In this document: positions 43,487 to 59,118 of the stretch, in pieces
Numbering within the stretch: the stretch's first letter is position 1
Layout: each line of letters begins with the position of its first letter
Source of the DNA: the human T2T-CHM13v2.0 reference genome, Homo sapiens
Reading direction: 5' to 3' (one strand)
NCBI RefSeq assembly: GCF_009914755.1
Contig: NC_060929.1
DNA: 64,000 nucleotides
The notes under the pieces: model-generated
Seen by the model: the letters and a program-made list of their open reading frames with translations, nothing else
Told to the model about the DNA's origin: nothing
Database searches by the model: none
Made by a program: the position numbers and the translations under genes

Positions 43487-44031
43487 CTAGGGGCTCCAAA
43501 AATGACTAGGTCCTGCTGACACCACGACTTTAGTCTCCGTGAGACTAATTATGGGGTTTGAAAATAGAGAACTGTAAAATAACAAATGTGTATTAAGTTA
43601 TTACTTTTGTGATAATTTGTTATAGTAGCAGTAGGAAACTAACAGAAGGTTGAACCAGAAGAAACAAAGCACCACGGATGTCCCATCATGAGACCAGTAC
43701 TGAGCAATCAGCCTTAACAACTTACCAAAAAAGAGGGAAGAGAGCAAGAGCAGGGGTTTCTGGGAGGGCTGAGGGCTAACATTCTACAAGGAAGACTGAA
43801 TACAGTGCCCCAGCACCCCAGATACCACATTTAGTATAAGTAACAATGGGAAGCTGATGGAATATTAAGATTATTAAGATTTCTACATCCTTGGATGTCT
43901 AAACACCTTTTACTATATCCCTTATCTAGGAGTATAACTGTTAGTTTACAGTTCTTCTCAGCTAAACCATAGGTATTCTAGATATTCTAAATTTCAGAGC
44001 ATTAGATAATCATCATGCACTGTTTTTTAAA

Positions 44032-44324
44032 TTTTTGAGACAGGGTCTTACTCTGTCACCCAGGCAGGAGTGTAGTGGTGTGATCACTGCTCACTGCAGC
44101 CTCCACCTTCAGGGCTTAAGTGGTCTTTCCGCCTCAGCCCCCCGAGTATCTGGGACTACAAGTGACTGCCACAATGCTTGGCTATTTTTTTTTTTTTTTT
44201 TTGATAGAGACTCAGTCTCACTGTATTTCCCAGGGTAGTCTTAAATTCCTGGGTTCAAGTTATCCTTTCTGGCTTCATCTTCCCAAATCGTTGGAATTAC
44301 AGGTAGAAGCCACTGTGCCCAGCC
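44032..44324 (-). mobile_element. Alu (AluJ-like)
   Basis: Diverged reverse Alu; ATGCACT on both flanks. Confidence 0.88.
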
Positions 44325-44397
44325 AATTATGCACTTTCCATAATACACTTTCCATAATATATTTCTTCTCTTTGGTGCTTTTAAGACATATTCATTT

Positions 44398-44400
<3 letters not shown>

Positions 44401-44440
<40 letters not shown>
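44401..44440. repeat. (CA)n microsatellite
   Basis: AC run. Confidence 0.95.
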
Positions 44441-44525
44441 GTATATTTAATCAAACTTACCCTGAGGGTTCCACTCCCTTACAAGGGTTGCAAAGGCTAC
44501 AAAAGCTTTAAGCGCCTCAGAACTC

Positions 44526-44823
44526 CACCAGGCGCGGTGGCTGACACATGTAATCCCAGCACTTTGGAAGGCCGGAGGTGGGTGGATCACTTGAGGTCAG
44601 GAGTTCGAGACCAGCCTGCCCCAAATGGTGAGACCTCGTCTGTGCTAAAAATACAAAAATGAGCCAGGCATTGTGGTGGGTGCCTGTAATCCCAGCTACT
44701 TGGGAGGTTGAGTCAGGAGAATTGCTTGAAGCCAGGAGGCGGAGGTTGCTATGAGCCGAGATCAAGCCACGGCACTCCAGCCCGGGCAACAGAGCAAGAC
44801 TCCCTCTAAAAAAAAAAAAAAAA
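44526..44823 (+). mobile_element. Alu (AluS)
   Basis: Full dimer, A tail, TSD TCAGAACTC. Confidence 0.94.
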
Positions 44824-45034
44824 GAGTGTCAGAACTCAATACTAACTAGAACAGCTCTGGAATCCATAGGTTCCCCTAATCATCACTCTCCTTCTAGGTT
44901 TGTAGCTACCCACAGGAAAAAAAATCTCTCATCTTTAAGACCCCAGAAAGTCCAAGGTGCCCTCTTTGCCTCCTGACCACAGTTACTGGTTGGTCCAGAG
45001 GAGATACAGTGGTTCTTCGAATTTAAGAAGTTTG

Positions 45035-45431
<397 letters not shown>

Positions 45432-45960
45432 TTATATAGTAATATACAAACTATTATGGATGTTTTATTTTTAGAAGAAGAAGTATATAAAGTTTAAACT
45501 GATGCTTTTATCCTCACCTCTTAAACTAAAGAGCTAATTAAAATGGCAGTAAAATAATAAGTTTTTCCAACAAAGTCAGAGAGGGGATGGCAGTAGGTAA
45601 AGTGGTTCAACAAATTTTTAGATAATGGAAAGCAGACAGTGGGGCCAGACCTGAATGAACATAGAGGAGCAAGTGGCAGCCTAAGTGCTCTAGAAAGAAA
45701 TGCTCACATAACCAAGCCACAGGCAAATCACAAGCAATCCAGGAGCAAGCCAAGACTCCGCCAGAAGCAATCGCCCTTGGAAGCCTCAGGTCTTGGAGAT
45801 TTATCTACAGTCTAGTGCCAAAAACAAGTGCATTCATAAAGCTTTCTTTTAGAAAATAATTATTCCTATAGTCATCTTCACATGAATCTCTCCTCTTTCT
45901 ACCACATACTCTCCCAAACAAAAACAGTATTCAGAAGGTTTATACTCTGTATTTTTGTAC

Positions 45961-46914
45961 TAAGAATGAGGCATTAAGTTCTGATTGAAAACTGTTTGTG
46001 TGGTTGTGGATGTGCATGTGAATATGAGTTGGAGGATTATTAACTAGCACACTTTAGCACAACTGTAGTAAAACTTTCTTTTTGGGGGGAGGAAGGGGAG
46101 TGGTATCCAACAATATGTCTTTGTGTTGATGTACATGTCAATTTCATTATGTCTTCTTTTTTCTGAGATAATTTCTTTCTGCAAGAGGATATTGTACCTA
46201 CTATGTTCAGGCAGAATGGATTTGAAATTTAGGCTAGGGGAAAGTCAACCACTCTTCACACAGATCACAAAGCCAACCTTCATGCTATCCTCTTCTTCCA
46301 TATCCAGTGACTCTTCATCCTTTGCTCTTTTTGAAATTGATACATAGTCACTCTATTAAAAAAATATATAAATATGTTTATATGTATTTAATATATAATA
46401 TATTTAAATATGTAATTATATATTTATATATATTTTAAAGGAGCAAATATATACATAAATATATAATTAGACATAACAGAATTTGTATATTATATATTAA
46501 TGTTTTTATATATGTATATTTTAATGGAGTGACTATGTATCAACTTCAAGAAGAGCAAAGGATGAAGAGTCAGTGGATATGGAAGGAGAGGATAGCATGA
46601 AGGTCAGCTTTGTGATCTGCGTTAAGAGTGGTTGACTTTTCCCTAGCCTAAATTTCAGACCCATTCAGACTGAATGCAGTAGGTAGAATCTCCTTTTGCA
46701 GAAAGAAATTATCTCAGAAAAAAGGCACAATGAAATTGACATGTACATAAGCACAAAGACATATTGTTGGATACCACTCCCCTTCATCCCCCCAATAAAG
46801 AAAAGGTTTACTACAGTTGTGCTAAAATATGCTAGTTAATAATCCTCCAACTCACATTCACATGCACATCCACAACCAAACAGTTTTTAATCAGAACTTA
46901 ATGCCCCACTCTTA
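45961..46914. repeat. Long inverted repeat: arms ~45961-46370 and ~46508-46914, TA-rich spacer
   Basis: Arms are reverse complements throughout, e.g. GAGTTGGAGGATTATTAACTAGCA / TGCTAGTTAATAATCCTCCAACTC and TTGATACATAGTCACTC / GAGTGACTATGTATCAA. Confidence 0.95.
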
Positions 46915-47206
46915 CTAATGAGTGCACTGAATAATAAAGTTTCCATTTGAAGAAAAGTTCTGACATTAAAGTCAGAATGAAATGAATAAAATAAGTCAGA
47001 AGATACAGAATATATGTAAGCAAAATTAAACAGATTAAACAATATAAGAAATACTCTTTTTAGAGACATTAGAAGTACTTGCTTCCATGAAGCAAGAAAA
47101 ATCTTGCTTTTGAAAGAAACAGCAGGAAACAAAGCATGCCCTGGAAATTAAAAATATAACATGAGAAATTGAAGGAGGAAAACAAAATTGGCATAACCTC
47201 CTAAAA

Positions 47207-47408
47207 CAGTTGGTAACACAATTTTTTTTTCTTCTCTGGAGGACCAAATAGTAATATTTTAGCCTTTTCAGGCTATATGAAATCGCCTGTCGCTACTTAA
47301 CCCTTTTAATGAAACACTTAAACAAATTAGAAGTCCTGCTCCAATAAAATTTTACAAAAGCAGGCAAAAGGCTGGATTTAGCCCGCGGTCGAAAGTTTGC
47401 TGACCCTG
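47207..47408. mobile_element. MER58-like hAT-Charlie MITE
   Basis: GGACCAAATAGTAATATTTTAG...GGCTGGATTTAGCCCGCGG...GTTTGCTGACCCTG. Confidence 0.8.
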
Positions 47409-48004
47409 TCATAGAGAAAATATTTTTTTAAATATAGACAAAGTCAAAATTGAAAGTCAAACCATAAAGTCTTACGTATTACTAGAACTATTTCTAGAAA
47501 AAAATATTAGGAAAGAAACAAGAGATTACCAAACAAATGATAGACTTGATTATACTTAAAGCACACATGGATCAAGATTGGAAACAGACTCCAAAATGGC
47601 CTTGTGTAATATTATACATAATTTTTTTAAAAAACAGGAATGCATTAAATAAATATACCAAGATGTAAAATTATTTATAAGCTAAATTTAAATATTGCTT
47701 TTACAGAATATTATGTATACTCTACTAAGTATATATATGTGTATGTATATATATATATAGCACATGTATATCTGTGTGTATATACTTAGTTCTAATGCTT
47801 TGAATTTTTAAAAAAACTCATTTTTTCATATACATATTTTCATATTGAATTCTACTTTCTTATTTTGGTACATTCTTTTGATAATTTAGCTCCCATAATT
47901 TTTCTAACTTCTTTTGAAACTTCGTGTGTCAATATTGTTTTTCATATATCTCCTTAAACATTAAAACAACTTTTGGGGGTAGGAATGAATCTAGAATTTC
48001 TTTC

Positions 48005-48136
48005 TGTCTTTTTTTTTTTTAGATGTGGGATCTTGCTATATTGCCCAGTCTGGACTTGAACACCTGGGCTCAAGTGATCCTCCTGCCTTAGTCTCCTAGA
48101 AGCTAGGACTGCAGGAATGTGCCACCATGCCTGGCT
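48005..48136 (-). mobile_element. Alu monomer (FLAM-like)
   Basis: Single ~130-bp monomer with T tail. Confidence 0.85.
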
Positions 48137-48761
48137 CTCTATTCATTTAAACTGCATATTAATCTTTCACATATGCTGTAACTTACTCATATGTAATGAC
48201 TTATATATATAATTACTACTTTCTTCATTTAGGCTTCTGATCTATCTGTTTATCTTTGCAAATTATTATTTATTTTGTATCGTGTTGTTTGATATGCATA
48301 TTATGATTTCTCAGTAGGCTATTTAAAAATATTTAACAAACAAATATTAATTTAAGTCTGGATATGTTTAGTAAATGAAATATCTCTTTCTTGCTTTTCT
48401 TACTAAGATAAAATATTTTTTAGTGTTGAAACTATTTTTACATCAATTCTTATATTAAAATAATCTAGTTTTTAAAAAATTGTTTTATTATATTACATAT
48501 TCAAACATAATCTTTTATAGTAGCTGTAAACTCTAGAGTAGTCAGATATTAGCAAGACAGAAATGTGACTGAGAGATGAAATTATCTTTTTAAAATGATA
48601 AGAAGTAAAACACTTAAAGTAAATGTTTATTTGCCTAAACAAATACTAATCTATGAATGCATTTTAAGCACCTATATATTACATAAATGTTAAATTACTA
48701 TATATCTTTCATACTAACTATAAGTTTCAAACCTTGTTTTCAAAAGAAATATTTTTTTCAG

Positions 48762-48875
48762 GTGTTCTTTTCCTTAAGTTCATTGTTAGAATTTCATTGA
48801 GGCTTCAAGGGCACTAAATTATCTAGCAAAAAAAATCTCTTTGGGGAATCTCAACCTTTGAAGTCATTGTGATTT
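48762..48875 (+). pseudogene. Decayed glutaminase-like segment 2 (candidate exon)
   Basis: Acceptor ATTTTTTTCAG|G TGT (phase 2, then Cys, as at GLS K|CVQSN); SLL...GFKG / H*II vs IVLLTQAFRRKFVI; weak. Confidence 0.35.
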
Positions 48876-49255
48876 GTAACTTTATCTTGCTATTTTTCTC
48901 TATTTGTTTTATTTGTTTGGTTAATTTATATGGAAATTACTTTCATTTGCACTGTTTTCTCTATTGACATAATTTAGCTCAAATCTCCAATAGTACAGAA
49001 AAATGATAACTGAAGATTCAAGTATTAAAATGGCCTGCCCTTTATCACACAGCTGGTTCATATATGTATTTACATTTCTTGGCTGCCAGTGATCTTTATT
49101 CCCCAGGATCCTGCTACTTCAAGTATAATTTAGAATTTTAATTTTGTTATTATCATAAAATCATCTTAGTTGTTACAGTTTCTTCCTCCTAAAATACAAT
49201 TTTTATGAACTTGAATCCATAGTAAGTACCTATGTAATTGCTATCTTCTTTCTAG

Positions 49256-49335
49256 TTAACCTGATACTCTCTGGAGTTACAGCACAATGCACATGACATC
49301 CATAAACTTCAGTGTTGCAACAATAGATGGAGAAA
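49256..49335 (+). pseudogene. Decayed glutaminase-like exon (80 nt)
   Basis: TTCTTTCTAG| ... |GTGAG; LT*YSLELQHNAHD / NFSVATIDGE vs GLS VADYIPQLAKFSPD..GVSVCTVDGQR. Confidence 0.7.
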
Positions 49336-50086
49336 GTGAGCTTTAATTCAGTTGCAGCAGAATGGTACAGAAAGGTGGAATGATTTGCTTGTAATTTTAT
49401 AATACAGGAAATCATTCTATAAGCACATTTTCCCATTAACACTTAAAAAAAACTATGTGGTTATTTATAGTAAGTGTTTAACAGAATCCTGCTGTGAGAA
49501 CATGAACCATTGATATTATTTATATTAATTCTGGCTATTCATGCTGTCTTATAATTAGCTTCTACATGGTTTTAAGATTGTTTTCAATAATTGAACGGGA
49601 AGTTGGAGTTGATGGAGTCTTGTATGATAATCAAAAGGTTTTATCTATAATCAAAATTATAGGATAATGACATCATTGAGATAGTGATAAATATATCACA
49701 ATTAAAAATACATAATGATAATTCTCATTAGAAAACAAATGTGCCCACTAAGATTTTTGAGAGATTACTTTATCTCCATTAAAATAACCTGGCATTTGAG
49801 TAGGAATGATTTTGTTTATTGTGGGGATTTAAATGATAAAATAGTCACTTGGGTTTTTGTTATTTACAATGTTAATAACTGTTAACAGTATAAACAATTT
49901 AATAAATCTCAGAATCCACAATGAATTGAATGATCAATTACGTCTATTATCACTTAATCAAGTCTGGTTTTTTGAATTATAGTTATTAACATGTAAGTGC
50001 TTTCAAGTTCTTTAACGGATTTGTTATTTTCAGAGGTATTAAAATTCTTAGAAGTCTCTTTAACCATGAAATAAAGTATCATTTAG

Positions 50087-50247
50087 AGTTTTTATATGAA
50101 GGGAGGTTTTCATTACATTTTGGGGAAGATACATCAAGTAATGCTGTACAATGGGTTGTGGATTTAATCATATTTGACTGAGGAAGTGCATTCTTTTTTG
50201 GGTGCAAGTCCTCCAGGAAACGGAATACTCTTTTGAATCTTGCATAT
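50087..50247 (+). pseudogene. Decayed glutaminase-like exon (161 nt; catalytic S-x-x-K region)
   Basis: CATTTAG| ... |GTGTGT; VFI*REVFITFWGRYIK / LY...YLTEEVHSFLGASPPG vs GLS [21 protein letters not shown]...LGTEYVHRYVGKEPSG. Confidence 0.65.
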
Positions 50248-50316
50248 GTGTGTATATTTAGAGAACTGACATCTTTCCTGTTATAACTTATCAAGCTTGT
50301 GCGCCTTTCTCCATAG

Positions 50317-50386
50317 GAGAAAAAACAAACAAACTCAAAAATCCGTAAATGCATATTAGCACAGCTGCAAAAATAACATTAAAATG
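50317..50386 (+). pseudogene. Decayed glutaminase-like exon (KPHNP region)
   Basis: CCTTTCTCCATAG| ... |GTGATT; KLKNP*MHISTAAKITLK vs GLS KPHNPMVNAGAIVVTSLIK. Confidence 0.6.
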
Positions 50387-51589
50387 GTGATTACTGTGCA
50401 GGGATAATTATATTTTCATAATTTGCTAATGGATGACAGCTATACCAATTTATATGGCTGAAGTCAAAATGATTAAGACTGGAAGTTGAATGAGATTAAA
50501 ATTATTACACAAATATCTTAAATGGCGAGTTAACAACATTTTGGAAAAAATGTAGCCTAAAAATGATGATCTCATGAATTCATATTTAGGATCATATAAA
50601 ATTATTTCATTAGGAAAATAAACATTCCGTTATGGTTAGGTAGACTCTTCTGTTTCTAATAACATATCAGAACTGTTTATTTAGGATTAGAGGATATATA
50701 GAGAGATGAAAAGAAGGAGAGAATTATCATCTGTGTAATACATATATGTAGATTATATAAAATATACACATATAAAACTTTATAAATGTTGTATGTATAG
50801 TTCAAACCGTCCCAGGACCAGGAGGCGAGATGTGGCCTTCATTCTCATTGTCCAATGTGATTGACAGAACCAATGATTAGAGCCTCATTTCAGGCAGTAG
50901 GATATATGAAGGAGCGGGTGGAGTGGAGAGGACTCCCTTTACCTTTTAAGAAGGCCTCCTAGAGGTCTGAACCATTTTAGTTTAGGCAAATATATGTCCA
51001 CACACACACACACACACAAACACATATACAAACATAGTTTCCTAACATCAGCACTATTAATATTTTGGTTTGGGTAAGTTTGATAGACAAATGTTGCACA
51101 TATTTTTACACATTTTTAAAAAGAAAGAATGAATAAAATTTTAGTAGTGGTAAGGTTTACACAGTAGTATTACAGCCTTTTATTTCTTTAGGGCTTCTTT
51201 TTGTTCTCAAGGTTATTATTATTACTGACCATATATTACTGTTATAATAATTGAATATGTTAAGAATCTATGGATATATTTCAGTTTTCATATATATATG
51301 TGTATATATATATCCTTATAAGTAATGCTTAGATGTTTTTATTACTATTAAGGTGATATATTATGATAAATTTTATTTGGAACTAACCATTGTTTTATTA
51401 TGATGGTACAAAATCAAAGCTTCAACTAATAAAGCCAAATTAAAAGCATTATATGACAAGAATATTTTCACATTAGTGTTGACATTTTCAGTGCAACACA
51501 CACACACACACACGTCTAACATTGAATAAAAGGTAACCACATTGTGTATTGCAACATTCAGAATTAAAACATTTAAGAAAATGTAATTT

Positions 51590-52720
<1,131 letters not shown>

Positions 52721-53071
52721 CTATTATTAAGGCAATATAGATTATTTTTATACATTAATTATTGTATTGCTTGCATTCGTTGGAATTCAACTTGATTAAA
52801 TAATATATCTTTAATTTTACTTAGATTACAAAACAGTTTTAAGCTTTCCAACACCAGAGAAAAAAGAAAAAAAATCATCACAATTTCTTTCTATATTGAG
52901 AAGATCCAGCTAATACTTGGGAAATGTTTGTTCTATGTTCCAAGTATTGTTTTTAGAGCTTTTATTTATTGAATTCTTAGTTTGCAACCACTATTCTAGA
53001 AAACAGGACTATTCTTATCTCCATTTTTCAAATGGGAACCTAAGGCATAGGTCATAAAATTAATAAATGGA

Positions 53072-53840
53072 TTACTCAGTGTCATCTTGATCAGCCAACC
53101 ATCTTCATAACAAGATTTGTTTACAAGTCTTGGATTTTCTGCAAGAGCTTCATTAATTTCGGTTACTTCTGATAAAGGAGAATAGAGTTCACTAGCAGCT
53201 TTCACACTTTCCAAAGTAACCCTTCAGAACTAGATGAACTTATGAGTGAAGAAGCCTATGAGAAATACATAAAATCTATTGAGGAGTGAAAATGGAACTC
53301 CTAAATAAACTAGTATGAAATAACGCAACCCAGCAGAGTTGTCTTAAATTAATGGTGGACAGAAGACTTAGAATAGCAACTTTTAGCATTACCGATGGGG
53401 GGCGGCGGGGGGAAACTACTGTTAACATTGCTAATGAAAGAAAATGCCCTTTAACTTTCTAATGATTATAGATAAATATAATAACGCATCTTTTTCACAA
53501 TATCCTATGATTTTTAGACTAGGCTATAGTGTTCAGAATTCATGAAATTATCCATGGTAAAAACTAGTTTATAAAAATTACATAATTCAAAGATAACGTT
53601 GTTATTCTTAAGCCTTATGTAATATTGTAACTTGCATGTATCCATACTGGATTTGGGATGAAATACTTAATGATCTTTCCACTGGAAATAACTGGAAGTT
53701 AAGAGGTTTTTGTTGCTTGTACAGTGTCAGATGAGGAACACCACCATCTTAATTTTGCAATACACTGCATTTGCTGGTGCTATTTTTATACAGTGAAGCA
53801 ACAGCTTTGCAGCAAAATAATAAAATACTTCTTCCTTAAA
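53072..53840 (+). pseudogene. GCSH: Processed pseudogene of GCSH, 5'-truncated with 5' inversion (53072-53216 antisense; 53215-53840 sense)
   Basis: Minus: [48 protein letters not shown]; plus: [24 protein letters not shown] and 3'UTR with AATAAA; TSD AAAATTAATAAATGGA at 53056-53071 and 53841-53856. Confidence 0.95.
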
Positions 53841-55029
53841 AAAATTAATAAATGGAGCGGGATGAGACCAGACAGTATTATTCTAGACATGATTTTTTTT
53901 AACAAGTGCGCTTACATTATTGTATGTTAATATTTGAGAAATGTTTCTACTTTTTAAAAAAATAAATTCAAAGTGCTTTTAAATATAATATTATATTTAT
54001 TTAAACTGATATTAAAATATTCTGTATATCATTATTCTTTTGCCTTTGGCAAAATATCAAAGTGTAAAAATCTATCTTTGATGATTCGCTTTATAAATAT
54101 TCAAAGAAATTTTGGATCTTTCATGTTCAACTTAAACTTCTGATCCAAAATCTGTCTATATTCCTGGACTTGCCTGTGCCTATTTTCCTACATAATCTGA
54201 CTCTCCCTATACCTTTCTTAATAAATTAATTCACAGGTCACATCGTGCCTATCAATTTTTGTTTTGTTTGAAATCCCAGAATCCAGCCGCGCCTTTACTC
54301 ACTGTTTTGTGATTTTTGGACTAACTGTCAGAGTTAACAGGTTAAAGAAAGTGGTGGTCTTGGCCAAGCTTGCTACTTGAAGTTTAGGTTACCTGGATAT
54401 TTGGATACCAGGATTATAATTTCCCCTTTTGTAAAATACAGGGCCTAATAACATGCACAATGCCTATTCATATGAGATGTAATCATATAGGAATGTATAG
54501 GTAATAGTACTTTTACAGATGTGACTTGCTACTCTACTTAAATTATTATTAACTAACTCAACTTTTAATCCCCTGTCTATATGATAAACATCTACCTTTT
54601 CCGCATGGCCTAGCTTTAGGCATAGTCCCTCTTAACATTAATTTTCTTCACGTTAGCAGCAAACTATTATTTTGATGCTGTTATGCTATTACCAAGATGG
54701 TGACAACTTACATATTTTGATATTTTGAGGGCTAAGGAAGTCCCTGCTGAATTAAGTCTAGGAGAAATAGAATTTTTTTTAGCAGTTCATACAAAAATTA
54801 CTGAATATAATTTCAGAGTGAGACCATGGTAGGATGGAGCCCTTATAATTAATAAAGAAATCAGAGGATCTACATGGCTTATAATTTTTCATAATCAATT
54901 AAAATAACTATATAAATGTATTATATAGAATACACATACTATTTATTATGTAATATATGCATACTTGTATATATATATATATAAATAAATCACAATTTCT
55001 CTCTCTCTGTATATACGCACACACACATT

Positions 55030-55909
<880 letters not shown>

Positions 55910-55949
55910 TTATACACATTGAGGAAATATAATTGATCAGCTGCACCTT

Positions 55950-56830
55950 TTTAAGTAACCACATGGCTAAAATGAGAAATAGAGATGGCCCCATATTTTG
56001 ATGAAAGTAGAAAGGTAAGGAAAGAGTTACAGTAATTCCAGTTAGAAGATTATGGTTTAGATACATATAGTACATCTACATCTTGGTGAAAACTGACAAA
56101 AATTGATAAGGAAATTAAATTGAATCAGGAATCAAGAAATTCAATTGACAGACTATAGTGAGAGATAGGGAACGCTAGTTGAAACAAGTAAAAATAACAG
56201 TAACTTCTAAGTTTCTAAGTTGGGAACTAGCTAGATGGTTGGTTGTTACTATAAGATAGAGAACATAGAAGAGGGAGTACATTTGAGGTTCTAAGAATAA
56301 TAAAAATCTTAATACATTTTGGATAAGTTGAGTCTGATGTTTCTTAACACATCAAGTGGATGTGCATTATCATGCACATTCAATCAACAAACATATACGA
56401 TGGTTGATTATACATATTCGGAATCCAGTGGCCCTGGCTAGAGATAGGAATCTTGGAGTACTCAACAAATTTAAATCCCAGAAGTGAATTACATTGTCTA
56501 GAAATAGGAACTTGTTGAGAAAAGGAAAGACTTGAGAGTTGAGCCTTAATTGAATCCAACATTCAGAAGCTGAAGAAGGAGAGAAATGGTCTGGACAAGA
56601 ATAGTGATAGAGAGTATAAAGAGGAGAGATTTTCACTGAGTATAAATGTCTAATATAGACAGAAGTAATGTCAGAAGGCAAAACATGTGAAGACTAAGAG
56701 ACAGGTTAGGAGAATTGGAGCCTAAGTGTGGGCCACTCTTTCATAAAGGGTGATTGTGAAAGACCGAAAAGAACTGGGATGGCCACAGGAGAGGTAAATA
56801 GTAATTGAAGAGGTTTTATCTCAGATAGAA
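55950..56830. mobile_element. L2 LINE fragment
   Basis: Purine-rich strand with TTTTGGATAAGTTGAGTCTGATGTTTCTTAACACATCAAGTGGA...GGCTAGAGATAGGAATCTTGGAGT. Confidence 0.6.
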
Positions 56831-57499
56831 AACATCTGAGAAAATGTAAACTCCAATTAGGAAACAAAACAAAATGAAACACCACAGTGTGATCATTTAC
56901 AGATAAAAGAAACAGAAAGGATTTTTAATGGTTAAATAAGTTAAACATTTAAATCACAAAGCAAGCAAAATCATGAAATCATAAAAATAAAATTAGAAAA
57001 TACTACTTGAAAAATAAATAAGAAAAATGAGAATTGCTCTAAAACTGCAGAAGTTCTCTATAAAAAAATTATTCACAACCTAAGAAATAAAAGTAGGTAC
57101 ACACCCTCAAAATTAGAAATGAAAGGGGAATAATACTCCCTGAAAGAGGAAATTAAAAGTAACATAAAAACACTTTACAAAATCTTATGCGAGTGAATTT
57201 TAATATCTCATTGAAAGAGACAATTTCCCAGGGAAAATGTAAATTATAAAAATCTATCTCAGGAGGGATCCAAAATCTCAGCAGATCCTTAGAGTGAAAG
57301 AATTTGGGGCAATCATGAAAGTACAATTCTCCAGGCTGTAGCCCAGAGGGATATATTCAGATACACTCATGGATGAATTATTTCAACCTTCCTGGGGAAA
57401 GACATATCTGATATCATATAAACTGCAAGAAAGCTTGGTTTCCCTGTTTCCGCACATCTTGCAAACAGAAGCACTCATTACATTTCCTGTTAGACTAAC

Positions 57500-57925
57500 T
57501 TTTCAAGACTATTGGTATAATGAACAGCCTTGGAAGGTGACAGTGTCTACCTCCAAAGCAAAGGGCAGTTCTGTTTGCTCTTCAATATAATAAAGTTAAT
57601 GTCTCTCTCGAAGGCAAAGGTTGGGCAGATTCTTTGTAGTCCTTTATAAAAGACAAGTTTCTTATGCTTGGTGTTCCCCAGCTGTCATGCAAATGCACTG
57701 CATGTGCTACATTCGTGGGACCTATTGCAAGCTGCCTCCCCTCCTCTGTGGACTTCAGGAGGTAAGCTGAAAGAACATGAACACGAAATTCATGCTTCCT
57801 GCTGTGCTATAATAATGTCCTTTTTTCTCTGAACCAGTAACTGCGTGCCTTTTGTTAGCAGTCACGAAACCTGTCTATTAACTCGTTAGCTAGTAAATAG
57901 GGTAAAATCTCAGAGCCTTCATAGG
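57500..57925 (+). mobile_element. ERV-type LTR fragment (family uncertain)
   Basis: GCAAAGGGCAG...TTATAAAAGA...GTAAATAGGGTAAAATCTCAGAGCCTTCA LTR-like organisation. Confidence 0.55.
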
Positions 57926-58774
57926 ACTTCCCACATCGTCTGTGTTTTCTTCCATTCGGAACTTTATCTTTCCTTGTCTCCATCACTGATACCTGCATAT
58001 CATCACTTTGCCTGATACTTACCTTTCAGACTTGTCAGACCCCTCGTACACAGACTGGAAACCCACTTACATGCTCAGAGAGCACCTTGAATATTTTATA
58101 TTGTAGGTTATTTGAATAGATTGTGTGCCCATGTTTATGTGTATTGCCAATTATTTTGTCATTAGTACCAAGTTGGAAATCACGTCTGTTTTGTTTAGTA
58201 TTATGCTTAGCACCTAATATAATGTCTAATATTGGCATTTAAAGAAATAATCTAGGTATTCAGAGCTGTGTCTGATACACTAGATGTTTAATAATTATGT
58301 ATGTTATTACCTATAGTGGTGTAATTAAAGTAAACATGCTTTTGTTTTCCCTCTCTGTTTTATTTTGCTTAGAGAAAGCTGTTGCCACTTATTAGTTCTT
58401 TTGACTTTTTGCTTTTTCTGATTGTCTGAATTTGTTTTTCCCTTTATCTGTAAATATTATTAGTTTTAAAAGATATATTTGTGACAGACATTACTTGGAA
58501 CTCTTGAAGGTTAAAGGTTTATTTTTTGTTTGTTTAATTTAACACCAGTAATATATAGAATGCTGTATAATACTGTCAGAAAATTATTAATTAAAAAATA
58601 AGCTAAATTTTTGGAAGTTTTCTTGAATTTAGGTTAAAATACACTTTGTAAAATAAGTTGTTAAATAATTAGGATTAAATAAAAGTGTGGAAATTTTATG
58701 GTAATATTTTAATTATGAAGCAATCTTAACCATTCAAACATTTTCATTTATAATACTAGATAAGATGAAGACTA

Positions 58775-59118
<344 letters not shown>

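Larger units (their letters stand above)
41978..43645 (+). mobile_element. MLT1(C/D)-type LTR interrupted by MER1 and LTR17
   Basis: CCCTCCAAAGATGTCCTTATCCTGATTCTCAGAAACTGTGA... resumes at 43490 and runs to ATAATTTGTTATAGTAGCAGTAGGAAACTAACA. Confidence 0.75.

Noticed and set aside
50079-50367. Minus-strand 91-aa ORF, and an alternative reading resembling a transmembrane segment plus an NPLY tail
   Set aside because: No recognisable family. The same bases are better explained as two + strand glutaminase-like exons colinear with the other segments.
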